Shown one piece after another: positions 30,684 to 40,772 of a DNA stretch of 64,000 nt. A program made the position numbers and the translations under genes. The DNA is from Candidatus Woykebacteria bacterium. GTDB taxonomy: Bacteria > Patescibacteriota > Microgenomatia > Woykebacterales > RBG-16-39-9b. How positions within the stretch are numbered: the first letter of the stretch is position 1; each line of letters opens with the position of its first letter. Below the pieces are notes generated by a model. That model saw only the letters and a program-made list of their open reading frames with translations, ran no database searches and was not told where the DNA came from. The stretch lies in NCBI GenBank assembly GCA_040876265.1, contig JBBDPN010000001.1, positions 182,208-246,207 of the forward strand, given 5' to 3'.

Positions 30684-31760
30684 ATGGATATTAAAGAGAT
30701 ACTAGAAGAAGCACTTAGGAGGGGTGCCTCCGATGTGCATCTTATGGCTGGAGTCTACCCGACACTGCGTGTGGATGGGAAATTAATACCAATCACTCGC
30801 GGTCCTGCGCCTATTCCGGAATATATAGAAAAACTGGTTCTTTCGTTATGCTTGCCAGAACAAAAAGAATTACTTATCACAAATAAGGAACTTGATTTCT
30901 CTTTCGCTTTGGGAGAGGTAGCAAGATTTCGTGTCAATTCTTTTTACCAAAAGGGCTATCTTTCAGCGGCGCTTCGTTTAATACCAAACAAAATCCCCGC
31001 CCTAGAAGAACTCCACCTACCAAAAATTTTGGGAAATTTGACGAAGTTGCGCCAAGGACTAGTCATCGTTGCTGGACCGACTGGGCACGGTAAATCAACT
31101 ACGATCGCCTCTCTTATTAATGTAATTAACACCGAAAAGGGCGACCATATAATTACTGTGGAGGATCCGATCGAGTACGTTTATCCGAGTCGTAAATCCC
31201 TTATTGCCCAACGTGAGATGCATCTAGATACCCACTCGTGGGAAATTGCATTGAGATCAGTTTTGCGTGAGGATCCGGATGTGGTGCTAATTGGCGAGAT
31301 GCGCGATTACGAGACCATCGAGTCGGTGTTGACAATAGCTGAAACCGGTCACTTGGTTTTTACTACCCTTCACACCAACTCAGCAGCGCAAACACTGGAC
31401 CGGGTGGTGGGAGTTTTCCCAGAAAATCAACAAGATCAGGTGCGTATGCAGCTATCCAACGTGGTCGAGGCGGTACTTTCGATGAGGCTAATTCCAGCTC
31501 AGGACGGCGGTCGTTACCCTGCTGTTGAAATATTACTGGCTACACCAGCGGTAAGAAATATTATCCGAGAAGGTAAGACTCACCTTATAGACAACATTAT
31601 CCAGACCTCATCGAGTATTGGTATGCAGACCTTGGAAACACCCCTTGCTTCTCTTGTCAAGTCGGGCCATATCAGCCTAGAAACAGCAATGTCTTACAGT
31701 TTGCGTCCACAGGAACTGGTGAGAGAAGTAAAGCATTTTGGGGCCAAGGTTAAATCTTAA
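30684..31760 (+). CDS. pilT: Type IV pilus retraction ATPase
   Basis: ASDVHL, GPTGHGKSTT, LREDPDVVLIGEMRD, AVRNIIRE. Confidence 0.95.
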   Translation: MDIKEILEEALRRGASDVHLMAGVYPTLRVDGKLIPITRGPAPIPEYIEKLVLSLCLPEQKELLITNKELDFSFALGEVARFRVNSFYQKGYLSAALRLIPNKIPALEELHLPKILGNLTKLRQGLVIVAGPTGHGKSTTIASLINVINTEKGDHIITVEDPIEYVYPSRKSLIAQREMHLDTHSWEIALRSVLREDPDVVLIGEMRDYETIESVLTIAETGHLVFTTLHTNSAAQTLDRVVGVFPENQQDQVRMQLSNVVEAVLSMRLIPAQDGGRYPAVEILLATPAVRNIIREGKTHLIDNIIQTSSSIGMQTLETPLASLVKSGHISLETAMSYSLRPQELVREVKHFGAKVKS

Positions 31761-31765
31761 AGAAC

Positions 31766-32962
31766 ATGCAAGAATTTAACTATACAGTTACAAATAAAGA
31801 AGGTACTTATCACAAAGGTCTGATCCAGGCTGTAAACTCTCGTCAAGCAGCGAATATATTGCATGAACGCGGTTTTACTGTAATCAGTATTGTCGAAAAG
31901 AAAAAAGGGTTTAATGTAGAAATATTTGGCGGAATTGGTATCGGTGACCAAGCTCAGTTTACTCGTCAGCTTGCTACCATGATTACTTCCGGATTACCTT
32001 TAGCAGAGTCTTTGGAAGTGCTGCAGAAACAAACGGAAAACAAGAAATTGAAGGAAATTATTGCTTCAATAAGTGAGGATATACAAGGGGGTGGTAGCTT
32101 TTCAGATTCTCTATCTAAACACAGTGAAGTATTTTCTGCTGCCTATATTAACGTGATAAAGGCTGGTGAAGCCTCAGGGACACTGGATAAAGTATTGTTA
32201 AAACTCTCAGAAACCTTGGAGAAGGAACGTGAGTTTCAGGGTAAGATTAAGGGGGCAATGGTGTATCCACTCATTATCACCGTTGCAATGCTGCTTGTAG
32301 CGGCAATCATCCTTATCTTTGTTATCCCTAAGCTGGGTCAAGTTTATCAAGATCTTGATATTGTGTTGCCACTGCCCACTCGCATTTTGATATGGGTGAG
32401 CGGTTTTATGGTCAAGTTTTGGTGGCTTGTGATTATAGCAATCGTTGGTGGTATTTTCGCCTTTCGTAGATACAGGAAAACGCCTGAGGGGGCATTGGTA
32501 GTAGATAGATTAATAATGAGATTACCGGTTTTTGGAAAACTCAATCGGGATACCTCTTTGACAGAGTTTACTCGGACCCTTGGAGCCTTGGTGGCAGCTG
32601 GCGTACCAATTCTAGAAGCTTTAAAAATAGCCGGTGAAACGGCGACAAATGCTGTTCACCGACAAGCTGTTAGCGCGATAGTGGCTAAAGTAGAGAAAGG
32701 TGCTTCCCTTTCTACGGCCATTACCAGCGAGGATGCATTTCCCCCTCTCATACCCCAGATGACTGCAGTTGGCGAAGAGACTGGGAAAATGGATGAGGTC
32801 CTTACTAAAGTTTCAATATTTTTTGAGATGGAAGTAGAGCAAGAGGTTAAAAATTTAACTACAGCTTTGGAGCCAATCATTATGATGGTGCTTGGTGTGA
32901 TGGTTGGTCTGCTGATGGTTTCGATCATACTGCCTATTTACAGTATTACTAGCGCCTTCTAA
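31766..32962 (+). CDS. pilC: Type IV pilus platform protein (PilC/GspF)
   Basis: FTRQLATMITSGLPL, AGEASGTLD, VGEETGKMD, LEPII. Confidence 0.95.
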   Translation: MQEFNYTVTNKEGTYHKGLIQAVNSRQAANILHERGFTVISIVEKKKGFNVEIFGGIGIGDQAQFTRQLATMITSGLPLAESLEVLQKQTENKKLKEIIASISEDIQGGGSFSDSLSKHSEVFSAAYINVIKAGEASGTLDKVLLKLSETLEKEREFQGKIKGAMVYPLIITVAMLLVAAIILIFVIPKLGQVYQDLDIVLPLPTRILIWVSGFMVKFWWLVIIAIVGGIFAFRRYRKTPEGALVVDRLIMRLPVFGKLNRDTSLTEFTRTLGALVAAGVPILEALKIAGETATNAVHRQAVSAIVAKVEKGASLSTAITSEDAFPPLIPQMTAVGEETGKMDEVLTKVSIFFEMEVEQEVKNLTTALEPIIMMVLGVMVGLLMVSIILPIYSITSAF

Positions 32963-32971
32963 CCCGGTTTA

Positions 32972-33811
32972 ATGATTTTCCAAACTTTCCTTGTCTTTGT
33001 GCTTGGTTTGGCCATTGGATCGTTTCTAAACGTTGTGGCCTACCGTAGCGTCCAGGGTGGGTCGGTTTTTTTTGCCCGGTCAAAATGCCCACACTGTAAA
33101 GTTGATCTAAAGTCCGCTGATCTTATTCCCATAGTGAGTTTTATCCAGTTGAAAGGTAAATGTCGCTACTGTGGAGAGAAAATTTCTTGGCAGTACCCAC
33201 TGGTTGAATTGACTACGGGTTTTTTGTTTGCCTTCACATATATTTATTGGGGTAATTTAGCTGGTTTCCAGTTCCCAGAGACCAGTGTCCAGTATTTATT
33301 TGCTGGTAACTGGTTGCTGGCAACTAGCTACTTTACTTATTTGTTGTTTGTGGTAGGCGTACTGATAGTACTATTTGTGACAGATATCCGAGATGGACTC
33401 CTGCCAAACTCGGTTATTTTACCTTCAGCAGCCCTTGTCGGGGCCTACAAGCTCGCTTTATTAGTTTTTGGGTATATGGTACCTCAAAACCTTTTGCTGG
33501 ATCTTGTAGTCGCTTTTGTGGCTGCGGCGATCTTTTTTGCGATCGTTTACATAAGCGGCGAAAAAGCTATGGGTGGTGGGGATGTAAAGTTGATCTTTTT
33601 AATTGGCCTAATAGTTGGTTGGCCGGTCCTCTTGTTGAGCCTGTTTGTAGGCTTCTTGACAGGGGCTCTGGTTGCCGTTATGCTATTATTGATAGGTAAA
33701 AAGCGGTTCGGAGAAACTATTCCTCTAGGGCCGTTTTTGACTATAGGAGCTTTTGTCTCCTTGTTTTGGGGACAAGAAATTATTGAGCTTTATCTGAGGG
33801 CAATAACTTAA
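32972..33811 (+). CDS. pilD: Prepilin peptidase
   Basis: GSFLNVVAYR, CPHC/CRYC, YPLVEL, MGGGDVKL, IPLGPFL. Confidence 0.93.
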   Translation: MIFQTFLVFVLGLAIGSFLNVVAYRSVQGGSVFFARSKCPHCKVDLKSADLIPIVSFIQLKGKCRYCGEKISWQYPLVELTTGFLFAFTYIYWGNLAGFQFPETSVQYLFAGNWLLATSYFTYLLFVVGVLIVLFVTDIRDGLLPNSVILPSAALVGAYKLALLVFGYMVPQNLLLDLVVAFVAAAIFFAIVYISGEKAMGGGDVKLIFLIGLIVGWPVLLLSLFVGFLTGALVAVMLLLIGKKRFGETIPLGPFLTIGAFVSLFWGQEIIELYLRAIT

Positions 33812-33900
33812 ATGATACTGCCTGGTGAAACAAATCTGAAATCCCATTTATTATTTTTCTTTGTAAACGTTTTTCCTATTCGAGAGGAGGTGAAGCAATA

Positions 33901-34356
33901 GTGATTGAGAAACTTAAATCTCGATTGAGCACCTCAAAAGGTTTTACCCTTGTGGAGTTGCTGATCGTAATCGCGATTATCGCTATTCTTGTCCTGATCG
34001 TGATTATTGCAATTAACCCAATTCAAAGAATTCAGGACGCCACCGATAGAACTGCAGAGTCAAACGTAAGAGCGGTTGCTACTGCTGTAGAAGGTTGTCT
34101 GACCAATCGTGATAATTCTGTAGAATTTCGGAATTGCGATGACGAAGCCGCGTTGATAAGTTCAGCCACACCAGGTGGACCTTGGATTCGGCAGTGGCCA
34201 GACGCTAACACTGAAGTCGAAGTAAGTCCAGATGTTGATGGTCCGATTGAGGTATGTCAACAAGCTGGAGGTAATAATAGGATGGCCAAGTGGGCCACTG
34301 ATACAGGGACAGTTACAATTCAAGCAGGTACGGTATCAGCAAACACCTGTCCGTAA
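33901..34356 (+). CDS. Type IV pilin, probable major pilin
   Basis: KG/FTLVELLIVIAII cleavage motif; very strong SD AGAGGAGGTGA. Confidence 0.9.
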   Translation: MIEKLKSRLSTSKGFTLVELLIVIAIIAILVLIVIIAINPIQRIQDATDRTAESNVRAVATAVEGCLTNRDNSVEFRNCDDEAALISSATPGGPWIRQWPDANTEVEVSPDVDGPIEVCQQAGGNNRMAKWATDTGTVTIQAGTVSANTCP

Positions 34357-34501
34357 AAGGTAGAAACTAGGAACAAGAGGAATAAGAAAAACAATCGGTG
34401 CACCGATCTGTAGTTGGTAGAGATCTATAGAAGATAAATTGGCAAGGTCAGATATACATTGTGTAAGTTCCGCAGAAAGCGGAGAGGATTTACGTGGTGT
34501 T

Positions 34502-34942
34502 ATGAGTATAAATAAGAATCTAGCTTCAAAAAAAGCCTTTACATTGGTTGAACTTTTGGTGGTAATATCCATAATTGCAGTTTTGGTTACTATCGTGATC
34601 ATTGCAATCAACCCCCAAACCCTTATACGCAATACTAATGATACTAAGAAAAGGACAGAACTAAACCAAGTCAAAACATCCCTGCAGCTATATTTCAACG
34701 ATAATCAAGCCTACCCCGCCAGCGCTGATTTGGCTGATCTTACCCCTACTTATATGAAGCAGGACCCAACAAATCTAGGTTATACGGTAGAGTATGAGTC
34801 GGATGGAGACACATATGTTGCTGGAGTGGTTCTGGAAAATCCGAGTAGTGATGATGGTGATACCGAAACTAAGTGCGCAAACGATGCGACTACAGTTAGT
34901 TTTGATCTTACCGCGGTCAATTACGTAATCTGTCCAGATTGA
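34502..34942 (+). CDS. Type IV pilin (GspG-like)
   Basis: KA/FTLVELLVVISII; ND.KR..EL..V..SLQLYF. Confidence 0.9.
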   Translation: MSINKNLASKKAFTLVELLVVISIIAVLVTIVIIAINPQTLIRNTNDTKKRTELNQVKTSLQLYFNDNQAYPASADLADLTPTYMKQDPTNLGYTVEYESDGDTYVAGVVLENPSSDDGDTETKCANDATTVSFDLTAVNYVICPD

Positions 34943-34943
34943 T

Positions 34944-35465
34944 ATGCCTCCCTACCCTACCCAATTACTAAAATCCGCAAAAGGCATCTCCTTCATCTCA
35001 GTGATCATTATCTTCGCTGTTATTTTCGCGGGGCTGAACGCTTACGCTTATTTTAATCCTGAGTTCCAACTGAACAAACTCAGCTTTGTGTATTACCTGC
35101 GGGAGTTTAATGACAATCAGAGGAAAGATGATCTAAATAAAATAGCGGCGGCAGTGGAAAAGTATTACGACGAAAACGGAGAATATCCGGCCAAAGATGG
35201 ATGGTGCGGTAGAGTGCTTTCTGTCCTCCACCCGGAGGTAAAAGATGCTATATCTGGCTATTTTAGCGGTGAGGGTATACCCCAGGACCCGTCCTTTCGA
35301 GGTACCGGGGAAGATTATTTTTACCGAAGGCAAGATAGAAAAACATTTATTTTGCTGGCAAAGCTTGAAAACCCACCATTTGGATCCCCTACCTATAACT
35401 ACAGTGGTTGCTATGATTGGCCGGGTAACGACTTATTTAATTACCGGGTAGTAGGTTCACATTAG
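34944..35465 (+). CDS. Pilin-like protein (GspG-like body, atypical N-terminus)
   Basis: KG/ISFISVIII without Glu5; D.QRKDDL.KI..AVEKYY..NGEYP; IPQDP. Confidence 0.75.
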   Translation: MPPYPTQLLKSAKGISFISVIIIFAVIFAGLNAYAYFNPEFQLNKLSFVYYLREFNDNQRKDDLNKIAAAVEKYYDENGEYPAKDGWCGRVLSVLHPEVKDAISGYFSGEGIPQDPSFRGTGEDYFYRRQDRKTFILLAKLENPPFGSPTYNYSGCYDWPGNDLFNYRVVGSH

Positions 35466-35518
35466 ATTTGCTTTAACTGTTATTGCAACCAGATAGTTTG
35501 TCTGCTACAGTAAAAATA

Positions 35519-36178
35519 ATGCCTGCATTTACATTTAGATCTAAGATCTCAGCTTTAAGGTTTAAGGACTTTAAACTCCCCTCTACTACTCAACCCTTCA
35601 AACCCCAATTGCCTGTTGGTAAGGGATTTACCCTGATCGAACTTCTAATTGTAATTGCTTTGATTGGGATTTTGGCCACGGTTATCCTGGCTAACTACAA
35701 CAGTTTTGGGGCTCGACAGGAGGTAAAAAACGCTGCCGAAGAGCTTAAAAGTGAACTACGTAAATACCAAACGTTTGCTATTTCCGGCCAGAAAAACCCG
35801 ACTCAGAGTGTTGGTTGTCTCTCCAGCACGCTAGATTCTTACTCTATTATAATCGACTCCACTCCTCACATTAACGTTGATTTAAACTGCACCGATCCCA
35901 ATAGTGTTGTACCTATCACAAACGAGTTTCCCTGGCCATCTACCAGCCAAGTGACGGTTAGCGAAGTAGGAATCTATAACGCTTCGGTCCCAAGTTTTAC
36001 TTCGTGTGCTTCGGTAAATATTGTGTTCAGGCCAACAAATCAAGGCGTGACTCTAGAGTGCTCTGGAGTACCTACCACAGAAGATATTTACTTGAGAGTG
36101 GTTAGTCCAACTGCGAGTGGTTTGATCTACAATTTAATTGTGACAAGTGCTGGAGAAATTTATGTTCAGAAACAGTGA
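35519..36178 (+). CDS. Minor pilin (FimT/GspH-like)
   Basis: KG/FTLIELLIVIALIG; AEELKSELRKYQTFAISG. Confidence 0.88.
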   Translation: MPAFTFRSKISALRFKDFKLPSTTQPFKPQLPVGKGFTLIELLIVIALIGILATVILANYNSFGARQEVKNAAEELKSELRKYQTFAISGQKNPTQSVGCLSSTLDSYSIIIDSTPHINVDLNCTDPNSVVPITNEFPWPSTSQVTVSEVGIYNASVPSFTSCASVNIVFRPTNQGVTLECSGVPTTEDIYLRVVSPTASGLIYNLIVTSAGEIYVQKQ

Positions 36179-36743
36179 AAAAGGCCAAACTTTAATCGAA
36201 GCAGTAGTTACTCTGGGAGTTGCGCTGGTAATAATTGGGTCTATTGTATCCCTGGTCAATGCAAGCAACCGTCGAGCGACACTCTCTCGCCAAGCAACTC
36301 AAGCCTCCAAACTTTCCCAGGAAGGTATGGAGATCGTGCGCAATATTAGGGATGTTGGCAACGACCAAGCGGTAAGGGTTGATAACACAGGTACATGTAG
36401 CGATGCTAGCCCCTGTTCTTGGGGAGACTTGTATGGTAACAAGCAGTTTACTTTCACAGCATATTTACAGGAGCCGGGTAGCGCTGGCTGCCCAATTATG
36501 GAGTCTTGGTGTCTGTCCAGCGTGGGTGAACCGCCTCTACTAACCATATTTACCAGGCAAGTTGAGATAAGTGACGACGAATTTACTGATAGTGATGGTG
36601 ACACTAATATTTGCGCTGAAGCAGTTGGTGGAACATCTCTGGGTTCGGATGAAATTAAGAGAGTAACAGTAGCTGTTGGCTGGGACTCGCCCGTTGGTAA
36701 CCAAACTAGAAGAAATATAAGTTGTATAGCTAATTGGCGATGA
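36162..36743 (+). CDS. Minor pilin (PilV-like)
   Basis: KG/QTLIEAVV; A..LSQEGMEIVRNIRD; KRVTVAVGW. Confidence 0.85.
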   Translation: MFRNSEKGQTLIEAVVTLGVALVIIGSIVSLVNASNRRATLSRQATQASKLSQEGMEIVRNIRDVGNDQAVRVDNTGTCSDASPCSWGDLYGNKQFTFTAYLQEPGSAGCPIMESWCLSSVGEPPLLTIFTRQVEISDDEFTDSDGDTNICAEAVGGTSLGSDEIKRVTVAVGWDSPVGNQTRRNISCIANWR

Positions 36744-37291
36744 AAATGAGAAGCAAGCAATCACAAAATGGTTTTACACTTGTCGAACTGCTCGTGGTAA
36801 CAGCCGTTATTGGAATATTGGCGATTATAAGTGCTACTGTATTTAACTCCATTTTACGGTCCCAAAATAAAACCGCCGTAATAAACGAGGTCAGGCAAAA
36901 CGGGAACCTGGCGATTGATAAGCTTGACCGTGACGTAAAACAAGCTTCAGAAGTAACACTAGTTGACGATTTGCAGGATGGCGATATAACAGATGGTGAT
37001 GCCACAAGTATTAAATTGACAACAGATCAAGGACTAATTACTTGGGAATGTGACGATATCGGTCTTACCATAAATAGAAACGTGGCTTCTGTTTTAAATA
37101 CCGACTCACTGAACGGTGTTCGCTTGGTAGCTGGAAGTTGTCGCTTTGTGGTGTCAGATCCAGCCTCAACTACAACCCAGTTGGTTAAATTTGAGTTTAG
37201 ATTACAACAAGGGTCGGCAGCTCCAGCTAGGTCAGAATTTGAAGTTAATGAGCCTTTCGAGGCGACTATTGGAACCAGATCTTACCAATAG
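36740..37291 (+). CDS. Minor pilin (PilW/GspJ-like)
   Basis: NG/FTLVELLVV; ATGA overlap with the upstream gene. Confidence 0.85.
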   Translation: MKMRSKQSQNGFTLVELLVVTAVIGILAIISATVFNSILRSQNKTAVINEVRQNGNLAIDKLDRDVKQASEVTLVDDLQDGDITDGDATSIKLTTDQGLITWECDDIGLTINRNVASVLNTDSLNGVRLVAGSCRFVVSDPASTTTQLVKFEFRLQQGSAAPARSEFEVNEPFEATIGTRSYQ

Positions 37292-37346
37292 CGTAATTGC
37301 TTGACACTTATCCTCTTGAGTAGATAAACTAGAATAGAGAAAGCCG

Positions 37347-38282
37347 ATGAAATTCCTGCCAAAGACTCCTCACAAGCGCCTCCGAAGCCCAAGAGGGCAA
37401 ATTTTAATACTTTTCCTACTGGTGTTGGTAGTTGGTTTAGCAATAGTCCTATCCATCTCTTCAAGAACTGTAACTGATATTAGGACTACCACAACCAGTG
37501 ATGAAAGTAATCGAGCTTATTTCGCTGCCGAAGCTGGTGTGGAGGAAGCCCTGCGGCAATTGGATTTTGGTAACACGGGCGACCTTACTCTTGATTTCAA
37601 CGATCTAAATCAAACAGAAGCCAATGTCAATGTTCAAAGCGGTGGTAGCATACCAAGATTTGTTTTTCCGCAGGTAATTCAGAAAGACCACGTAGCCCAA
37701 GTAGTGTTTTTGGAGACTTGGGACGATTTGAGCAGCGGCTCATGGAATGGTGAGTTAGAAATTCTTTGGGGAGGCGGTAGTCCCCCAGATCAACCAGAAA
37801 CGCCCGCAATTGAAGTCTCAGTAATTTATAAGTCCCAGGTTGGTGGGCAGTGGGTTATCCAGCAAGGTGGAATAAGTAAAACTGCTTTTGACCCTTATGC
37901 GGCTCGACCGACAGCTTTTAATTGCACAATTGGTAGTGGTATGGCAACTATATCCCCACCCCAAACACTTGAAGGATTTGACTTTAACTTCATGGCCACT
38001 TTGGATGTTAGTGGACCAAACGAGGATTGTGATAGTCTCGATGCGGGTTCGGGAGAGCCTGTATTAGCCAGAATTAAAGTGTTGTATGGTCCTAGTCCAA
38101 TAGCGGTTCGTCCGGCTGATCCAAACAACCAACTGTACGCTCAGGGTTGGCAAATAGAGTCCAGTGGTAATACTCTCTCAGGTGTGACCAGAAAGCTGGA
38201 TGTTACTAGATTGTTTCCTTCACTTTCAGGACTTTTTGATTACGTGTTGTTCAACGGAAGTAGTAACCCATTAAGTAAATAA
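37347..38282 (+). CDS. Minor pilin (PilX-like)
   Basis: RG/QILILFLL without Glu5; RAYFAAEAGVEEAL; IESSG...VTRKL. Confidence 0.85.
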   Translation: MKFLPKTPHKRLRSPRGQILILFLLVLVVGLAIVLSISSRTVTDIRTTTTSDESNRAYFAAEAGVEEALRQLDFGNTGDLTLDFNDLNQTEANVNVQSGGSIPRFVFPQVIQKDHVAQVVFLETWDDLSSGSWNGELEILWGGGSPPDQPETPAIEVSVIYKSQVGGQWVIQQGGISKTAFDPYAARPTAFNCTIGSGMATISPPQTLEGFDFNFMATLDVSGPNEDCDSLDAGSGEPVLARIKVLYGPSPIAVRPADPNNQLYAQGWQIESSGNTLSGVTRKLDVTRLFPSLSGLFDYVLFNGSSNPLSK

Positions 38283-38370
38283 GCTGCCCTTTAAAATGTT
38301 AATATTTCCCACTTCTGAAGGTCTTGCAACCTAAATGAAGCGTATGTTACTATAGTTCTTAGGAGAAATT

Positions 38371-39423
38371 ATGCCTGCCCTAGGTCATATCGGTTTAGAC
38401 ATTGGTAGCCACAGTATAAAAGCAGTTCAACTTTCAGGTTCGGTAGAAAGACCAATTTTTGTTGCGGCCGGACAGATAGAGATTCCAGTCCAAGTGAGAA
38501 ACCAACCTCCGGGAGGAACCGACGAAGAGTCTATATCTGTAATTGCCAACTCCATTCGCTCGCTCCATCGCGAAGCTCATTTTAGTACAGATAAGGTAGT
38601 TGTGTCCCTACCCGAATCTCAAGTCTTTACTAGGGTTGTTGAGCTTCCTTCCTTGAAACAATCAGAGATTCAAAACGCGCTGGCTTGGGAAGCCGAACAA
38701 TACGTTCCCGTACCTATTAACGAGGTAAAGCTGGACTGGCAAGTATTGGATGACGGAAAAACCAACAAATCCGGTAAAGTAGAGGTTCTTCTAGTTGCTG
38801 CCCCGATAAACTTAATTGACCGGTTTTTGAACATAATAAGGATCGCTGGACTGTCCCCTACCAGTTTGGAAACTGAAATTACTGCTGTTGTGCGTTCTCT
38901 AGTACAACGCATTGAAGGCGCACCAACGACAATGGTTGTAAGTTTGGGGGCATCAACCACTGATTTAAGTATAGTGAGTACTGGTCGAATTAGTTTTACA
39001 AGGTCTATCGCTACTGGGGGAAGTGCAATAGCACGAGGAGTTGCTCAAGAGCTTGGTTTTGAACTAGATCAAGCCACAGAATATATGAAAACTTACGGTT
39101 TGGACCCAACGTCACTTGAAGGTAAGGTGATGCAGGCGATAAAGCCAATTTTTGATGTTATTGTAAACGAGATACGAAGAGTTCTGGCTTACTACGCAAC
39201 AAAACATCCAGAAGTCCCGGTCAAAAGAGTTGTAGTTACCGGCGGAACCGCAAAACTTCCTGGATTAGTAATATACCTAGCGGAAGCTTTGGGGATAGAG
39301 GTACAGGTGGGAAATCCTTGGGAAGGCATCGCCCTGCCCAGCAGGGTGGCTAATAAACTAGTTAGCGACGCTACTTCCTATGCAGTAGCAGTTGGTTTGG
39401 CCTTAAAGCAAAGTAATAAATAA
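38371..39423 (+). CDS. pilM: Type IV pilus assembly protein PilM
   Basis: IGLDIGSHSIKAVQL, EAEQYVP, VTGGTAKLPGL, AVAVGLAL. Confidence 0.95.
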   Translation: MPALGHIGLDIGSHSIKAVQLSGSVERPIFVAAGQIEIPVQVRNQPPGGTDEESISVIANSIRSLHREAHFSTDKVVVSLPESQVFTRVVELPSLKQSEIQNALAWEAEQYVPVPINEVKLDWQVLDDGKTNKSGKVEVLLVAAPINLIDRFLNIIRIAGLSPTSLETEITAVVRSLVQRIEGAPTTMVVSLGASTTDLSIVSTGRISFTRSIATGGSAIARGVAQELGFELDQATEYMKTYGLDPTSLEGKVMQAIKPIFDVIVNEIRRVLAYYATKHPEVPVKRVVVTGGTAKLPGLVIYLAEALGIEVQVGNPWEGIALPSRVANKLVSDATSYAVAVGLALKQSNK

Positions 39424-39427
39424 GAAA

Positions 39428-40018
39428 ATGGCAGAAGATATAAACCTAATACCAAAAGAAGTTACCCAGAAGGAAGAAACCAAAGGAAGTATTAACCGCA
39501 CAGTAAACATGGCGGCAATTATTTCTTTGCTTGTAGTGGCTGCTCTTTTGCTGGCCCTTTTTGGTTATCAATTTTTTCTTAGTGCAAGTAGCAAGAGAAT
39601 AGAAAACCAAACGAAGGAAGCCGAAGAGCAAATTCTAGCGCAGTCAAGTAAGGAGATAAGCTACCGTGCCCTGGTCGGGAAATTGGAAGAGACTTCCAAG
39701 TTTTTATCATCCCAACTCAATTATTCCGAAGCGTACGGGAAACTTCTTAAGATATTCAAAGACTCGGGTGTGGTAATTACGGATACCGAATTTAAAAACG
39801 ACGGGAATTTTAGTGTAAGCGGTGATGCAAAATCGTCAAGCAATTTTGGTAAGTTGGTAGATGGTTTGACGGACGAGCAATTTAAAGAAGATTTTGATAT
39901 GGTGACTCTTGTGTCGATTACCAAAATTGAAGGCGAGCCTTATAAATTCACAGTCGAGTTTAAAGTTTTAAAGAAAGGGTTATTTGAGGCTACTCCCAGC
40001 ACTCAAATAAATAAATAA
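39428..40018 (+). CDS. pilN: PilN-like protein
   Basis: INLIP motif + TM + coiled coil, directly after pilM. Confidence 0.8.
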   Translation: MAEDINLIPKEVTQKEETKGSINRTVNMAAIISLLVVAALLLALFGYQFFLSASSKRIENQTKEAEEQILAQSSKEISYRALVGKLEETSKFLSSQLNYSEAYGKLLKIFKDSGVVITDTEFKNDGNFSVSGDAKSSSNFGKLVDGLTDEQFKEDFDMVTLVSITKIEGEPYKFTVEFKVLKKGLFEATPSTQINK

Positions 40019-40755
40019 TGAAGCTAAGCAACCCTTCACTAATTAGATTATATATAGTTCCGGTTTTAGTTATTGTAACTATCGTTTTATTAATCCCTTT
40101 GGTTTTGATGCCGCAGCTGGAGAGAATTAAAGAGAAAAATATCGAAGTAAAAAAAGGAAATGAACGGCTCGAAGCTTTACGTGCAAAACTGGAAAAATTA
40201 AACTTTATCGATGAAGGTGATGTAAGCCTAAAATTACTTGAAATGGAGGAGGTTGTCCCCAGTGGTAAAGAGCTGGCTCCTCTTGTGGTTGGTGTTCGAG
40301 CGCTAGCAGGTAAGGCTGGGTTAAAGGTTGATTCTATGGAACTTAAACCTGGGAGAGTAGCGACTTCCAGCGCCACTTCTTCAGCATCGAAAAGACTAAA
40401 GTCTGAGGAAGCTAAGTCTAACACCGAGGAAGAGACTTTGTCGTTCCTGCTTTCTTTGAGCGGAAGAGGATTAAACAGAGCCGAGGAATTCTTAAGTGAT
40501 ATAGAAAGAGCAAAAAGACTGTTAGGTATAGAAACAATTAAATTGGCTCGTCAGGAAAGAGGGGAATATACTTTTGAAATGGAGATTGTTGCCCCGTTTA
40601 AAGAATTAGAAAGTAGTGGGGATATAATTGCTTCCCCACTACCATCTTTAACGACAGAGCTTGAAAGAGTTTATGATTTTGTAACAAATTTCGTAAATTA
40701 CACCAACGTTCCGGTTCAAAAGGTCGATACAGGTGCAAGTGATCCTTTTAGGTAA
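40018..40755 (+). CDS. pilO: PilO-like protein
   Basis: TM + coiled coil; FL..IE...RLL.I; C-terminal G..DPF; synteny. Confidence 0.75.
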   Translation: MKLSNPSLIRLYIVPVLVIVTIVLLIPLVLMPQLERIKEKNIEVKKGNERLEALRAKLEKLNFIDEGDVSLKLLEMEEVVPSGKELAPLVVGVRALAGKAGLKVDSMELKPGRVATSSATSSASKRLKSEEAKSNTEEETLSFLLSLSGRGLNRAEEFLSDIERAKRLLGIETIKLARQERGEYTFEMEIVAPFKELESSGDIIASPLPSLTTELERVYDFVTNFVNYTNVPVQKVDTGASDPFR

Positions 40756-40772
40756 GAGGAGCAAACTAGTGC

